Shown piece after piece: positions 1 through 9,401 of a stretch of DNA of 53,452 nt. The position numbers and the translations under genes were made by a program. Each line of letters begins with the position of its first letter. Position 1 is the stretch's first letter. This stretch comes from a virus (lineage: Duplodnaviria; Caudoviricetes), in IMG/VR virus record IMGVR_UViG_3300018933_000007, positions 1 through 53,452 of that record; one strand, given 5' to 3'. The notes under the pieces are model-generated. The model was not told the origin of the DNA. It worked only from the letters and a program-made list of their open reading frames with translations, and made no database searches.

Positions 1-72
1 CCCGGCGCCCTCACACCGGGGGTCCTCCTCAAAGCGCGGCAGGTGGCCCGTCACAGCGCCTGCCGCGCGGGC

Positions 73-1605
73 TCAGGCCGTGGCCTCGTCCTCGACCGTG
101 TCGGTCGTGTCGCCGGTCGTCAGGTCGACCGCGAACCTCACGACGATGTAGTTCATCGGGATGGGCGGCTTGTAGCTGAAGGTCCCCTCGATCACCGACG
201 GGTCCGTCGACAGCTGGCGGACCTGGGCGTGGGCGTAGGAGACGATGACCTCGTCGGAGACGGCCTGCTCCAGCAGGCCGATCAGGGCCGACTTGACGTT
301 GATCGTGGTGTCCGGGGTGATCGGCTCACCGATCAGGCCCGCGTTCTGCATGCCGGTATGGATCATCTGCAGCAAGGTGTCGCCGATCCGCGTCAGTGAG
401 ATCTCCTGCGTCAGGATCGACGTCATGTTCGTCGACACGCCGTGCCGGACGATGAGCTGACTGGCTTGGTTGATCTCGGCGACGGCCACGCCGGACTTCG
501 AGAGGTTGTTCTTGAAGGTCCGGGTCATCGCCTGCACGACCGTCGCGGGCAGGCCGGTGAACGACGTCAGCGACTGGTTCGTCAGTCCGCGCGCGACGGC
601 GTTGCGGGCCAGCCGTCCGGCCATGGCGGCCGCCAGGTAGAACCCGTCGACCTCGGTGGACGCGTTGACCGCGCTGTTGAACATCAGCAGCCGGTTCGGG
701 TAGCACAGCACCAGCCGCTTGCTGCCCTGCTGGACGGCCAGCTGGTCGTGGCTGACGGTGTTGTCGTAGCTCGCTGCGACACCGGTGAACGCCACCCGGC
801 CGAATCCCTCAGCGGCCGCCGTCTCGCAGTGGATGCGCACGTCGGCCAGCAGGTTCGCGACGTTGGCCGACGTGCTGGTGTCATACGCGCCGTCCACGAA
901 CAGCGGGACCAGCATCTGCGCGCGGTAGTCCGTCTCCAGCTTCTTGTACGCCGCCTGCAGCTGAGCCCGGTAGTCACCGGCGGCCGGGTCGGTCGCCACG
1001 CACAGCACGCTGGCCGCGCCATTCTCCAGCGCGACCTTCGCTGCCAGCGTCAGCGCGGAGGCCACCTGCGACGCGGTCGGACTGGACGGCGCCGTGGACA
1101 CCATCGCGGGCCCGTACGTGGCTACGACCTGGTCATAGTCCTCGAACTCCGTCGGCCCGTAGTACGTGGCCCCGGTGAACGCGTACGTCACGCGCACCTG
1201 GTCGCCGTCCTTGAGCCCGTTCGGGGACGGCTGCGTCAGATCGCCCTCGTTGGCCGACAGCCGCTTGATCAGCGTGGTCGCCGTCGAGGCGCCCCCGGCA
1301 CCGGCCACGACCTCGAAGGTGTAGTCGTCGCCGTAGACCATCAGCTGGCCCGTCAGTGTCCGCACCACCGGCGCTGCGATGGCAGGCGGCCCCGTCACCG
1401 CCGTGGCGTACGCACCCTTCTGCGACAGCGGCGTCGCCGAGCCGGAGTAGACGGTGACGACCTCGGAGGTCGTCTGGTAGCCCAAGGCTGGGCCGATGAT
1501 CGTGACCGTGGTGGTCGACACGCCGCGCGGGGTGACCACCGGAGTCGATTCGTCGCTGACATAGACGCCCGGCGGCGTGTACGTCGAGGAGGAGATGTCG
1601 GGCAT
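73..1605 (-). CDS. Contractile tail sheath protein
   Basis: N-terminal YTPPGVYV motif, C-terminal YKPPIPMNYIVVRF typical of sheath proteins; ATG 1605 follows GGTGG. Confidence 0.88.
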   Translation of the reverse strand: MPDISSSTYTPPGVYVSDESTPVVTPRGVSTTTVTIIGPALGYQTTSEVVTVYSGSATPLSQKGAYATAVTGPPAIAAPVVRTLTGQLMVYGDDYTFEVVAGAGGASTATTLIKRLSANEGDLTQPSPNGLKDGDQVRVTYAFTGATYYGPTEFEDYDQVVATYGPAMVSTAPSSPTASQVASALTLAAKVALENGAASVLCVATDPAAGDYRAQLQAAYKKLETDYRAQMLVPLFVDGAYDTSTSANVANLLADVRIHCETAAAEGFGRVAFTGVAASYDNTVSHDQLAVQQGSKRLVLCYPNRLLMFNSAVNASTEVDGFYLAAAMAGRLARNAVARGLTNQSLTSFTGLPATVVQAMTRTFKNNLSKSGVAVAEINQASQLIVRHGVSTNMTSILTQEISLTRIGDTLLQMIHTGMQNAGLIGEPITPDTTINVKSALIGLLEQAVSDEVIVSYAHAQVRQLSTDPSVIEGTFSYKPPIPMNYIVVRFAVDLTTGDTTDTVEDEATA

Positions 1606-1633
1606 GCCACCCACCAGTCGCGTCGGTCAGTTG

Positions 1634-1668
1634 TCACCCCTTGGGGTGTGCGACCGGCAGACGGACAG
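1634..1668 (-). promoter_or_regulatory. Putative late promoter (sheath)
   Basis: CTGTC-N20-CCAAGGGGTGA. Confidence 0.7.
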
Positions 1669-1670
1669 CA

Positions 1671-2309
1671 TCAGTGCCAGCCTCCGAAGCCGTCCTCCCC
1701 GCGTGCCTCGTTGTCGAGGGTGAGGTCGACGGTCGGCACGACCTGGATCTTCGACAGCGGCACGATGATCCCGGTCTCCGGATCTGGGACGAAGTCGCCG
1801 ATCATGTCCACGTTCAGCGTCCGCTCGTACAGCACCTCGTCCGTCCCCCACGGTGTGCCCGGCTCCGCGCTCTCGCCGGTCGACTCGATCTCGTCCGTCC
1901 GCAGCGTCAGGTCGATCAGGTCGTTGTGCTCCAGGTACGACCGGAAGCGCCCGCGCACCGTGTCGAAGCCGGACCAGGCGATCGTGGCGATCAGCTCGTC
2001 GTAGAGCCGGTCCCGCTCGACGCTGGAGAGCGCCACAACGACGAACTCCCACGACCCCTCGAACCGCCAGCGCGTGTACGGCGGGATGCGGCCGCCGGAG
2101 ACCGGGTGGACGTCCTCCACGTGCGCGACGCCGGACTGTCGCAGCGGGCTCGTGTCGCTGTAGCGCAGCCACACCTGCGGCAAGTCGACCGGCTGCACCG
2201 GGTACTCCAGGGAGGCCCGCAGCCCTCGGAACTCCTCCACGGGGTACTGGTTGTCGAACGCGGCCTGGAGCGCCTCGATACCGAGAGCCTTGACCCGGGT
2301 GATGTACAC
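1671..2309 (-). CDS. Putative tail completion/terminator protein
   Basis: 212 aa, high-GC3 codons, strong RBS, directly upstream of the sheath gene. Confidence 0.6.
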   Translation of the reverse strand: MYITRVKALGIEALQAAFDNQYPVEEFRGLRASLEYPVQPVDLPQVWLRYSDTSPLRQSGVAHVEDVHPVSGGRIPPYTRWRFEGSWEFVVVALSSVERDRLYDELIATIAWSGFDTVRGRFRSYLEHNDLIDLTLRTDEIESTGESAEPGTPWGTDEVLYERTLNVDMIGDFVPDPETGIIVPLSKIQVVPTVDLTLDNEARGEDGFGGWH

Positions 2310-2325
2310 GTCCGCCCCTCCTCCG

Positions 2326-2359
2326 TCACCCCTTGGGGCGCGGAAGGAGGGGCGGACAG
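2326..2359 (-). promoter_or_regulatory. Putative late promoter
   Basis: CTGTC...CCAAGGGGTGA. Confidence 0.7.
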
Positions 2360-2366
2360 GTCTGGG

Positions 2367-3155
2367 TCAGTGCCAGTGGCCCTCGTCGTAGTCGTCCTCG
2401 TCCTCGTCCTCGTGGTCGTACCAGTTGCGCTGGATGTGGTCCGGCGGCTCCTCTTCGCCGATCACGTCGAAGGGGTGCTTCGAGCGGTGATCGTTTTCGA
2501 AATTGCCGCGCGAGTTGCCGTGGGCGTCTTCCGCCGGATCCTTCTCCACCGGGCCAGTGGGGTGGACCTCATAGACGCGAGGCCTACCGCCGTGCGCTTC
2601 AGCGGCCCGTTCTGCGTAGTGCCAGGCATCCTCGGGCTTCGTCGTTGCGTAGGCGTACCCCGGCTCGTGGATGCCCAGGTTGTTCCCGAAGGTGCCTCTG
2701 GAGCTGTGGTTGGGACGGATCTGGTCGAGATCCTCTTCGACGTGCGTGCCGTGGTAGAAACGCTTCGGCGCGTTCGGGTCCGGCCGCGCGTCCTCTACGT
2801 GCACCGGAACTGGCCCGTGACCGGCCTGCTGAAGGGCACGCACGAGGTGGTGCTTGTGGAACTCTCTCTGGCCCGGGACGCCATTGTTACCGAAGGCGCT
2901 GCCGGGCTCAGCGTGAACCCGCGAGTACAGCTCGTTGTGCTCCAGCCGCAAGGGGCCATGGCGCTCGGGCGAGTAGCCGTTCTTCCGAATGTCCTCCGCC
3001 ATGCGGGCGACGTGGTCGCCCCACCCACCCGAGTTCGCCTTGATGCGCCTGTCGACCATGTCGTCCCGGGCGTGCTGAGCCAGCTCATCCGGATGCATCT
3101 GTTCGACGCTCTCTCGCATCCCCAGCCTCTTGATCTCCGACCAGACCAGTGTCAC
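2367..3155 (-). CDS. Degenerate ParB/Srx-like domain fused to an Arr-like ADP-ribosyltransferase domain
   Basis: FYHGT...YAYAT...AW.YAE.A...GRPRVYEVHPTGPVEKDP...RSKHPFDVIGE matches Arr-family motif order; N-part has MAEDIRKNGY...P...HHLVRALQQAG..PVPVHV; GTG start overlaps the upstream TGA, GAGGAG RBS. Confidence 0.78.
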   Translation of the reverse strand: MTLVWSEIKRLGMRESVEQMHPDELAQHARDDMVDRRIKANSGGWGDHVARMAEDIRKNGYSPERHGPLRLEHNELYSRVHAEPGSAFGNNGVPGQREFHKHHLVRALQQAGHGPVPVHVEDARPDPNAPKRFYHGTHVEEDLDQIRPNHSSRGTFGNNLGIHEPGYAYATTKPEDAWHYAERAAEAHGGRPRVYEVHPTGPVEKDPAEDAHGNSRGNFENDHRSKHPFDVIGEEEPPDHIQRNWYDHEDEDEDDYDEGHWH

Positions 3156-3877
3156 CTGAACTCCTCGCCGTGCAAGCGTACGTAGTTTCTCCACCCCTTG
3201 TCCGCCACGTAGACCCGCTCGGCCAGCAGGCCGTTCTTCTGCGCCGCCCGGGTCATGGAGGTGTTCAGAAACGAGCGCGGCTTCAGGCCCGGATGCCGCC
3301 ACCAGACGCCGATGTTCCCCGGGTGGATCGCGCCGGGACGCTTCCCCGGTCGGGTCCATGGCTGCCGGGCCTCACGCCACGCAATTCGGCCGGGGGCGCC
3401 TGGGTAGTGCGCCGGGGTGTCGGAGACCAGGACCTTCAGGCCGGTCTTCGGGTCCCGCCGGTAGATCTTCTTGCGTGCACCGATCTGCGCGGCCCGCCGG
3501 AAGATCAGCACCTGCACCTTGCCGGAGGCGGTGACACGGGTCTTCGCCTTGGGATTGTCCCGCCGCTCCTGGCCCGTGGGGTCGTCGATCCACATTGGCA
3601 CCACTTTGCCCGCTAGTGACCTCATGGTGAACGGCTTCGTGCCGTGGTCCTGGTACCAGACGACCTGCGTGGCCCACGAGAGCCCGAAGTACCCCTTGCC
3701 GTAGATCGGCTGCAACCCGCGCGCCGCGTCGCCAGTCAGCTTGGGCATCCGGCGTCGGGCCTGCCGTACGGCCTCCAGCGCGGCGGCGCGGGCACGCTTG
3801 GGGCTAAGCCCCTTCTCCACCATGATCATGCGGTCGGGGTGAGTGACCAGGTGGACCTCGGGGACGTCGACCTGCAC
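3152..3877 (-). CDS. Putative neck/head-tail connector (HK97 gp10-like)
   Basis: Basic protein with P.LTG...G, YQDHGTKPF and HPGLKPRSFLN motifs; position in neck module. Confidence 0.6.
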   Translation of the reverse strand: MQVDVPEVHLVTHPDRMIMVEKGLSPKRARAAALEAVRQARRRMPKLTGDAARGLQPIYGKGYFGLSWATQVVWYQDHGTKPFTMRSLAGKVVPMWIDDPTGQERRDNPKAKTRVTASGKVQVLIFRRAAQIGARKKIYRRDPKTGLKVLVSDTPAHYPGAPGRIAWREARQPWTRPGKRPGAIHPGNIGVWWRHPGLKPRSFLNTSMTRAAQKNGLLAERVYVADKGWRNYVRLHGEEFR

Positions 3878-3892
3878 GTGCGCCTCCTCTGC

Positions 3893-3928
3893 TCACCCCT
3901 TGAAGGGCGGCAGAGGAGGCGCGGACAG
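3893..3928 (-). promoter_or_regulatory. Putative late promoter
   Basis: CTGTC...TCAAGGGGTGA. Confidence 0.7.
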
Positions 3929-3930
3929 TG

Positions 3931-4662
3931 CTACGGCGCGACGCGGCCGTTGGCGTTGAAGGCGGCATAGGTGAGCGGCATCAGCTCGGCCCAGGCGGCC
4001 TCCATCTGCTCGCCGACCATCTCGATCTCCCGCTGCGGGAAGGACGGCACCTTCGCCAGCTCGTGCTGGGTGCGCAGCCCGAGGAAGTGCATCAGCGAGC
4101 GGGCGTTGCAGGTGGCGTACATCGAGGAGAACAGACCGACGGGGAGGACGGAGCGGGCGACCTCGCGGGCGACGTCGGCGGCGAGCATCTCTCGGTACGT
4201 CCGGTACGCCTGGCGATAGGACTCTTCCATGGCGTCCACGGCCAGCTTGTGCTGCTCGGGGGTGCCCTCGACGAACCGGTACTTGCCGGGGCGGCCCTCC
4301 TGGACCAGCTTGCGGTCCGGGCCTGGCACGTAGAAGACGGGCTGCAGCTCGCGGTAGCGGCCCGACTCCTCATTGTAACTCCAGCCGACCCTGTGGCGCA
4401 TCATCTCGCGGAAGACGAAGATCGGGGCGCTGATGAAGAAGGTCATCGAGGTGTGCTCGAACGGGCTGCCGTGCCGGTCCCGCATGAGGTAGTTGATCAG
4501 GCCCTTCTCCTTGGCGTCCGAGAGGTCCTCGTTGAAGGACCTCTGGCCGACAGTGGAGACTCGCGCAGCCCAGATGACATCCGAGTCGTATGCGTTGTGC
4601 TTGATCAGATCGACGGAGACATCGTCGCGGAAGACGAGGTCGTAGTCCTCGTTCTCGGGCAT
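3931..4662 (-). CDS. thyX: FAD-dependent thymidylate synthase
   Basis: HGSPFEH, RHRVGWSYNEESGRY (RHRX7S), EVARSVLP and NARSLMHFLGLR motifs. Confidence 0.97.
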   Translation of the reverse strand: MPENEDYDLVFRDDVSVDLIKHNAYDSDVIWAARVSTVGQRSFNEDLSDAKEKGLINYLMRDRHGSPFEHTSMTFFISAPIFVFREMMRHRVGWSYNEESGRYRELQPVFYVPGPDRKLVQEGRPGKYRFVEGTPEQHKLAVDAMEESYRQAYRTYREMLAADVAREVARSVLPVGLFSSMYATCNARSLMHFLGLRTQHELAKVPSFPQREIEMVGEQMEAAWAELMPLTYAAFNANGRVAP

Positions 4663-4695
4663 GGCGGCACCCCTTGGTGTGGTGGTTCGGCGGGC

Positions 4696-5361
4696 TCAGT
4701 CTCGCTCGTAGAGCGGGATCAGCGGAGCGCGAATAATTTCAATGTCGGCAAACGACGGCGGCGTTGCCCCGGACCGCGACAGGATCTCGATCAGGTCGTC
4801 CGTGTTCGGCGGGATCATGTAGGCCACCGAGTCCGGGTCCTCGACGGCCGCGCGCGCCAGGTTGTATGCCGTAGCGGCCTCGCGCTGGTACGGGGTGCCG
4901 AAGCCGGTGCGCAGCATGGTGCGCTGAGGGGCACGCAGCTGTAGGCGCTCGCCGGTGGCGCGCATGACGTAGTCGCCGGAGTGGACCCGGAAGTCGCTGG
5001 TGGTCTCCAGGTGGACCTCCTGGGGAGCGACGACACCGCGCGCGGTGAAGGACTGGGAGTCGTCGGCGTCCGTGAAGACGGCCGGGCGCACGATGAGGGC
5101 CCGGTAGCCACCCTCGAACCGCGTGCCGAAGCAGGAGGGGCACTTGTTCCGCGTGGCCTGCCCGTACGCCCTGGAGATGCGGTCGGACGCGCACACCGAG
5201 CACAACGCGACCAGCCCTTCCTCGTGGTCCTTCGCCGTCCACAGCAGGGCGAACATGACGTTCTCGCCCATCATGTAGAGCGCCTGGTCGTGCCGCTGGC
5301 GCTCCTGGTCGACGGCCCAGTTCTGCTGAGCGCGGACGTATGTCCCCCGGGTCGTCTTCAT
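4696..5361 (-). CDS. Putative head-closure/neck protein with Zn-binding cysteines
   Basis: CSVC...CPSCFGTRFEGGY motif; position among head-completion genes. Confidence 0.6.
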   Translation of the reverse strand: MKTTRGTYVRAQQNWAVDQERQRHDQALYMMGENVMFALLWTAKDHEEGLVALCSVCASDRISRAYGQATRNKCPSCFGTRFEGGYRALIVRPAVFTDADDSQSFTARGVVAPQEVHLETTSDFRVHSGDYVMRATGERLQLRAPQRTMLRTGFGTPYQREAATAYNLARAAVEDPDSVAYMIPPNTDDLIEILSRSGATPPSFADIEIIRAPLIPLYERD

Positions 5362-5918
5362 CAGCTCGCGAACAGACTGAAGGTGACGCCGGAGAACGTG
5401 GGGCTGCCGGTGCCGGTGACGGTCCAGCGGATGCGACCCTTGTGCGTGAGGTGGTAACCGTTGTTGATGATGCCGTAGGTGTAGCCGGAGGAGCTCAAGA
5501 CGACTCCGCCGATCGACGTTGACGCGGAGGTCTGTACCCAGTTCCCGGCGGCGTCCTGGCAGTCGAAGAAGACCGCCAGACCGGGGGTGGTACCCGATAC
5601 GGAGTTCACGCTGACGACGAGGAGGCCGTTCTGAACGGCCGACACGTCAATCACGCCCGTCTTGCCCGTAGCCTGGTTGACGGTGTTCGCCGTCACCGTG
5701 TCTGAGCTGTCGGTGAGAGTCAGCCCGCTCGCCCGGAACAGTTCCTGCGTGGCTGCGGAGGTGGGCGCAGGTGCGGTGGAGAACACGGCCGCGCGTGTGG
5801 CCGCCGACATCATGCCGTAGTGCTCGTCAGACAGGGCGACGACGTCGCCGCCCTGGTAGCGGTTGCCATTGGGCAGAACGACGTCCTGCAGGCCGGGCTT
5901 GAGCGTGACCGTGTACAT
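5361..5918 (-). CDS. Putative beta-rich minor virion protein
   Basis: ATG 5918 with AGGAGAGG RBS; Ser/Thr/Gly-rich beta-sandwich-like C-terminus; stop overlaps next start. Confidence 0.55.
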   Translation of the reverse strand: MYTVTLKPGLQDVVLPNGNRYQGGDVVALSDEHYGMMSAATRAAVFSTAPAPTSAATQELFRASGLTLTDSSDTVTANTVNQATGKTGVIDVSAVQNGLLVVSVNSVSGTTPGLAVFFDCQDAAGNWVQTSASTSIGGVVLSSSGYTYGIINNGYHLTHKGRIRWTVTGTGSPTFSGVTFSLFAS

Positions 5919-6009
5919 GAACCTCTCCTGATCAGGCGGTGCGGCCGGGGCAGATGTGCAGGATCCGGAACTTCTCGGCCTCGCAGAGGGTTGGGGCGAT
6001 TCGGGCAAA

Positions 6010-6885
6010 CTAGTAAAATCTCGTGAGCCATCGAGGGCGAGCAGCTTCGGACAAGGGCAGGCGAGTCGGGCCATACCTACCGTACGCGCCGCCGGACACC
6101 AGCACGCGAGCGGTGCCGAGACCCATGTGCGCGATCTTGAAGGTGTCGAGCTGGTTCTTCAGCACCTGCTCCTCGCCCTGCAGGATGATCCCCCAGCGGT
6201 CGAGGTAGTCCCGCCGGTCCAGGCGAGAGACGCCGGAGCCGGACTGCACCTCGGGCTGCTCGACGTACGAGCGCATCAGGTGCTTGAGGCACTCCACGTA
6301 CAGCGCCGACTCCAGCAGCGAGCCCCACCTGGCCACCGGGAACGCCGCGCCGCCGTCACCGTCGAGTGTGTAGGTCTGGTATGGCTGCGCCACGGTGTTC
6401 AGGCGGCCGACGGCGATCCTGAGCAGCTGAGCGAGCCGGTTCCGGCCGAAGTTCGACTGGATGTAGGTTTGTAGGTGAGGGCCTTCGGTGGCGAAGTCGA
6501 ACAGGTCGCTGAACCGGTTCCATGTGGTCTCGATGACCCCCTTCATGTCGTCGGTCAGGACGTCGTAGTCGGGGGCCGTCTTACCGACCTCCAGCCAGAC
6601 CCGCCACTCCTCCTCCGACGCCGCCACGGTGTACGACCACACCAGCACGTACGGGCCCGGCGTGGCCGTCTCCTTGGACGTCAGCCGCACCGTGTACTGG
6701 CCGAGGCCCGGATGGTCAGCCTCCCGGGAGAACACCTCCACAGGCGTCTCTGCCTCGCGCAGCAGCGCAACGGTGACAGGCCCGTCAGCATCCCCTGCCG
6801 AGCCCTGGCGCATGACCTGCAGGCCGAACTCCGCCGCCCCGTAGCGGGAGACGTAGGCGCGGTCGGTGAACTCCTCGACAGCCAT
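6010..6885 (-). CDS. Putative head-tail adaptor protein
   Basis: 291 aa, Ig-like N-part and helical C-part (RLDRRDYLDRW); position downstream of the capsid genes. Confidence 0.55.
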   Translation of the reverse strand: MAVEEFTDRAYVSRYGAAEFGLQVMRQGSAGDADGPVTVALLREAETPVEVFSREADHPGLGQYTVRLTSKETATPGPYVLVWSYTVAASEEEWRVWLEVGKTAPDYDVLTDDMKGVIETTWNRFSDLFDFATEGPHLQTYIQSNFGRNRLAQLLRIAVGRLNTVAQPYQTYTLDGDGGAAFPVARWGSLLESALYVECLKHLMRSYVEQPEVQSGSGVSRLDRRDYLDRWGIILQGEEQVLKNQLDTFKIAHMGLGTARVLVSGGAYGRYGPTRLPLSEAARPRWLTRFY

Positions 6886-7544
6886 CAGGTGTCCGTGGAG
6901 TTGACCAGGAGGGCCCAGCCGCGTGCGGTCACCAGGCGCGCCGAGCCGGTCTTCGTCGTCGAGCCCGCCGAGGTGTAGAAGTGGATGCCGAAGTTGTGGC
7001 TGCCCGCGCTGACCGACCGCATGCCCATCACCGGTGTCATGAAGGACCGCTGCCAGCCCGCGCCGGAGGTGTGCACCTGCTCGACGCGCTCGTAGGAGCC
7101 GGATTGGCCGAGCATGGCGTCGGCTCCGTCGATCTGCGCACGGTAGTTGCAGTTCACCGTGTACAGCGACTGGACCGCTGTCTCGACGGCCAGATGGACC
7201 AGGAGGGTGCCGGGCCTGGTGAGGTTGAACGTCGCCAGCTTGTAGTAGGCGTGCCCCTCCAGGCCCAGGGTGATGTTCGGCCGGGCCCAGCCGGTGAACA
7301 CCGGCGGCACCAGGAGGACCTCACGCCAGGCCGTACCGGTCCACACCAGCTCCCGACGCGTGTCCGTCTCGTAGATGCGCATGCCGGACTGCGCGGGCCC
7401 CCAGGCGGGGCGGGACTGGGAGGTGCAGATGTACGGGCCCGGGTAGGCGTCCAGCCGCGCGCTGTTGTCGTTGAAGTCCTGACGCAGGAACGGATCGGAC
7501 TGGTCGTAGGTCTTCAGCCCCAGCCGTGGTGTGGTACCGGACAT
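6885..7544 (-). CDS. Putative minor fibre-like virion protein
   Basis: TTPRLGL start, GMRIYETDT...WTGTAW motif common in actinophage fibre proteins. Confidence 0.55.
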   Translation of the reverse strand: MSGTTPRLGLKTYDQSDPFLRQDFNDNSARLDAYPGPYICTSQSRPAWGPAQSGMRIYETDTRRELVWTGTAWREVLLVPPVFTGWARPNITLGLEGHAYYKLATFNLTRPGTLLVHLAVETAVQSLYTVNCNYRAQIDGADAMLGQSGSYERVEQVHTSGAGWQRSFMTPVMGMRSVSAGSHNFGIHFYTSAGSTTKTGSARLVTARGWALLVNSTDT

Positions 7545-7568
7545 CGCCGCCCTCTCCTCGTAACGCCT

Positions 7569-7603
7569 TCGCCCCTTGGCGGCCGCAGGGCGTCCACGAA
7601 CAG
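7569..7603 (-). promoter_or_regulatory. Putative late promoter
   Basis: CTGTT...CCAAGGGGCGA. Confidence 0.65.
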
Positions 7604-7605
7604 CA

Positions 7606-7641
7606 AGCAGCCCCGCCCCGGAGTCGTGGGGCGGGGCTGCT
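7606..7641 (-). terminator. Intrinsic terminator-like hairpin
   Basis: 14-bp stem AGCAGCCCCGCCCC/GGGGCGGGGCTGCT just after the FnIII gene. Confidence 0.7.
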
Positions 7642-7653
7642 CAGCCAGCTGGA

Positions 7654-8664
7654 TCAGGCCACGGTGTACGCGTTGGACGCGGGCGAAGTAGCGGACTGCA
7701 GCTGGCCGATCGCGGTTACGGTGAACGTCACGATCGCGCCGACCTGGAGACCCGGCACGTTGGCCGTCAGCGCGGCCGGGCCGACGTGGACGGCCTGGCC
7801 CGAGGAGGCCTCCACGTCGTAGCCGCCGGACGGCTGGCCGGAGCTCGGCGCTGTCCAGGTGACCGTCGCGGTGCCCGCCGTGCCCTGGGCCGCCACGGTC
7901 GGCTTGCCGGGCGCGGTCGGCGCCCCGTACGAGCCCGGCACGATGGTGCCGTTCTGGCGGTAGATGGGGTTCGAGGCGTTGTCGGCCGCCAGCGAGCCGG
8001 GGCGGACCAGGTCCTCGTTGCTCGGCTTGACGGCGGCCGCCGACCAGGGCGAGTACGCGCCGGAGCCGTTGCGGTTTCCCGCCCGGACCCGGAACTTGTA
8101 CGCCTGACCGCCGGTCACGTTCTCGAAGCGGAGGCTGGTCTTGTCGGCGCCCGCGTAGAAGTGGCCGCCGGTGTCCGACTCCACGACGTACTGCAGCACC
8201 GGAGCGTCCACGGCCGGGTCCGCCACCGGCGTCCACGACACCGTGATGTACCGGTCCCCAGCCACCGCCGTCGGCGCGGCCGGGGCGACCGGCACGGCCG
8301 ACGAGCCCGCCGGTACGGCACCCACAGCCGCCGTCTCCAGCGTGCCCTGCATCCACAGATCCGCGTCGATCAGCTCGGGATTGCCGTTGCCGACCGGAGA
8401 GTCCGTCCAGGTGGTGTCCTTGTTGGACGCGGGCGGCGGGCCCGACGGCGCCTTGTAGACCGGCTCGACGTCCTGGATCGTGTTGTAGACCGTCTCGCGA
8501 GTCTCGGTGAAGCCGGTCGGCGTCGGCGCCCAGTCGCTGGCGTCGACACGGCCCGCCTCGGTGGTGTCGGGCTGCGAGGCCGCGACCGGCGCCGAGCCCG
8601 GCTGGCCCTTGGTGCCGATCGCGCCGTCGGTCTCGTAGGTCTTGGTCTGGTCGGTCGCGGCCAT
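7654..8664 (-). CDS. Virion protein with two fibronectin type III domains
   Basis: ITVSWTP...YKFRVRAGNRNGSGAYS and ATVTWTAP...FTVTAI. Confidence 0.8.
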   Translation of the reverse strand: MAATDQTKTYETDGAIGTKGQPGSAPVAASQPDTTEAGRVDASDWAPTPTGFTETRETVYNTIQDVEPVYKAPSGPPPASNKDTTWTDSPVGNGNPELIDADLWMQGTLETAAVGAVPAGSSAVPVAPAAPTAVAGDRYITVSWTPVADPAVDAPVLQYVVESDTGGHFYAGADKTSLRFENVTGGQAYKFRVRAGNRNGSGAYSPWSAAAVKPSNEDLVRPGSLAADNASNPIYRQNGTIVPGSYGAPTAPGKPTVAAQGTAGTATVTWTAPSSGQPSGGYDVEASSGQAVHVGPAALTANVPGLQVGAIVTFTVTAIGQLQSATSPASNAYTVA

Positions 8665-8678
8665 CGCAGCCCGCTCCT

Positions 8679-8954
8679 TTACTCGTCAGCAGGCGCGGAC
8701 GCCTGCGCCTTCTTGGCCGGAGCGCGCTTCACGCGGGCGGCGGGCTTCTCCTCGCCCTCGACCTGCTCCGGCTCCGAGGGGCTCTTTTCGGCCGCCTTCT
8801 CCTCTGCCTCCGGGGACTCTTCGGCCACCGGGGCACCGAACGCGACGGCCACCTGGTCGAGGTTCGCGTACGGGCTGCCGCCGACGCCGGAGGTGTCGAG
8901 CGTGCCGGTGACCAGCAGCGCTCGCTCGGAATCACTCATGCTCATGAGACTCAC
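8679..8954 (-). CDS. Small hypothetical virion-module protein
   Basis: Overlaps upstream stop; good codon usage; start uncertain. Confidence 0.6.
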   Translation of the reverse strand: MSLMSMSDSERALLVTGTLDTSGVGGSPYANLDQVAVAFGAPVAEESPEAEEKAAEKSPSEPEQVEGEEKPAARVKRAPAKKAQASAPADE

Positions 8955-9334
8955 GCCTTGAAGAGGGGTTCGATGATGACGCGGACGTCTTGGTCCACGG
9001 CCTTGTAGGAGTTGCTGGCCTTGTCGTACTCGTGCTCGACGACGATGGCCGTCAGCGGCTTCGCGTCCTCGGGCTTGCGGGTCTCGACGTTGCCCAGCAC
9101 CCGCAGCAGCTCAGGGTCGGCGGAGATGTCGTCGTCTACGACCAGCACACCCTTGCGGACCGCGCGGGCGAACGGCGCCAGCAGCGCCGTGTCCCGGGAG
9201 ACGAACTGGACGTCGCCGCCCATGTCGTCACCAGCGCCCTCGAAGCGGAGGTACGACTTGGGCTTGTCCGGGTCCGGGGTGACGACGACGACACCCTTCG
9301 ACGGGTTGGACACCTGCAGCTGCTGGACCGGCAT
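8951..9334 (-). CDS. Hypothetical protein downstream of major capsid
   Basis: ATG 9334 with AGGAGG RBS and its own late-promoter motif. Confidence 0.7.
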   Translation of the reverse strand: MPVQQLQVSNPSKGVVVVTPDPDKPKSYLRFEGAGDDMGGDVQFVSRDTALLAPFARAVRKGVLVVDDDISADPELLRVLGNVETRKPEDAKPLTAIVVEHEYDKASNSYKAVDQDVRVIIEPLFKA

Positions 9335-9366
9335 GACGCCTCCTAGGTCAAGGGACGGATCTTCCG

Positions 9367-9401
9367 TCACACCTTGAGAGCCCCAGCCCCACCCCAGACA
9401 G
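9367..9401 (-). promoter_or_regulatory. Putative late promoter
   Basis: CTGTC...TCAAGGTGTGA. Confidence 0.65.

Noticed and set aside
2367-3155. Calling the gene arr (rifampin resistance)
   Set aside because: Fold motifs match, but the fusion, divergent loops and late virion context give no support for a rifamycin substrate
4668-4700. Late promoter upstream of thyX
   Set aside because: CCAAGGGGTG is present but sits at the RBS position and lacks a matching CTGTC element at the usual distance
73-7544. Extracellular contractile injection system or tailocin
   Set aside because: Capsid, portal, protease and scaffold genes are present, so this is a DNA-packaging myophage
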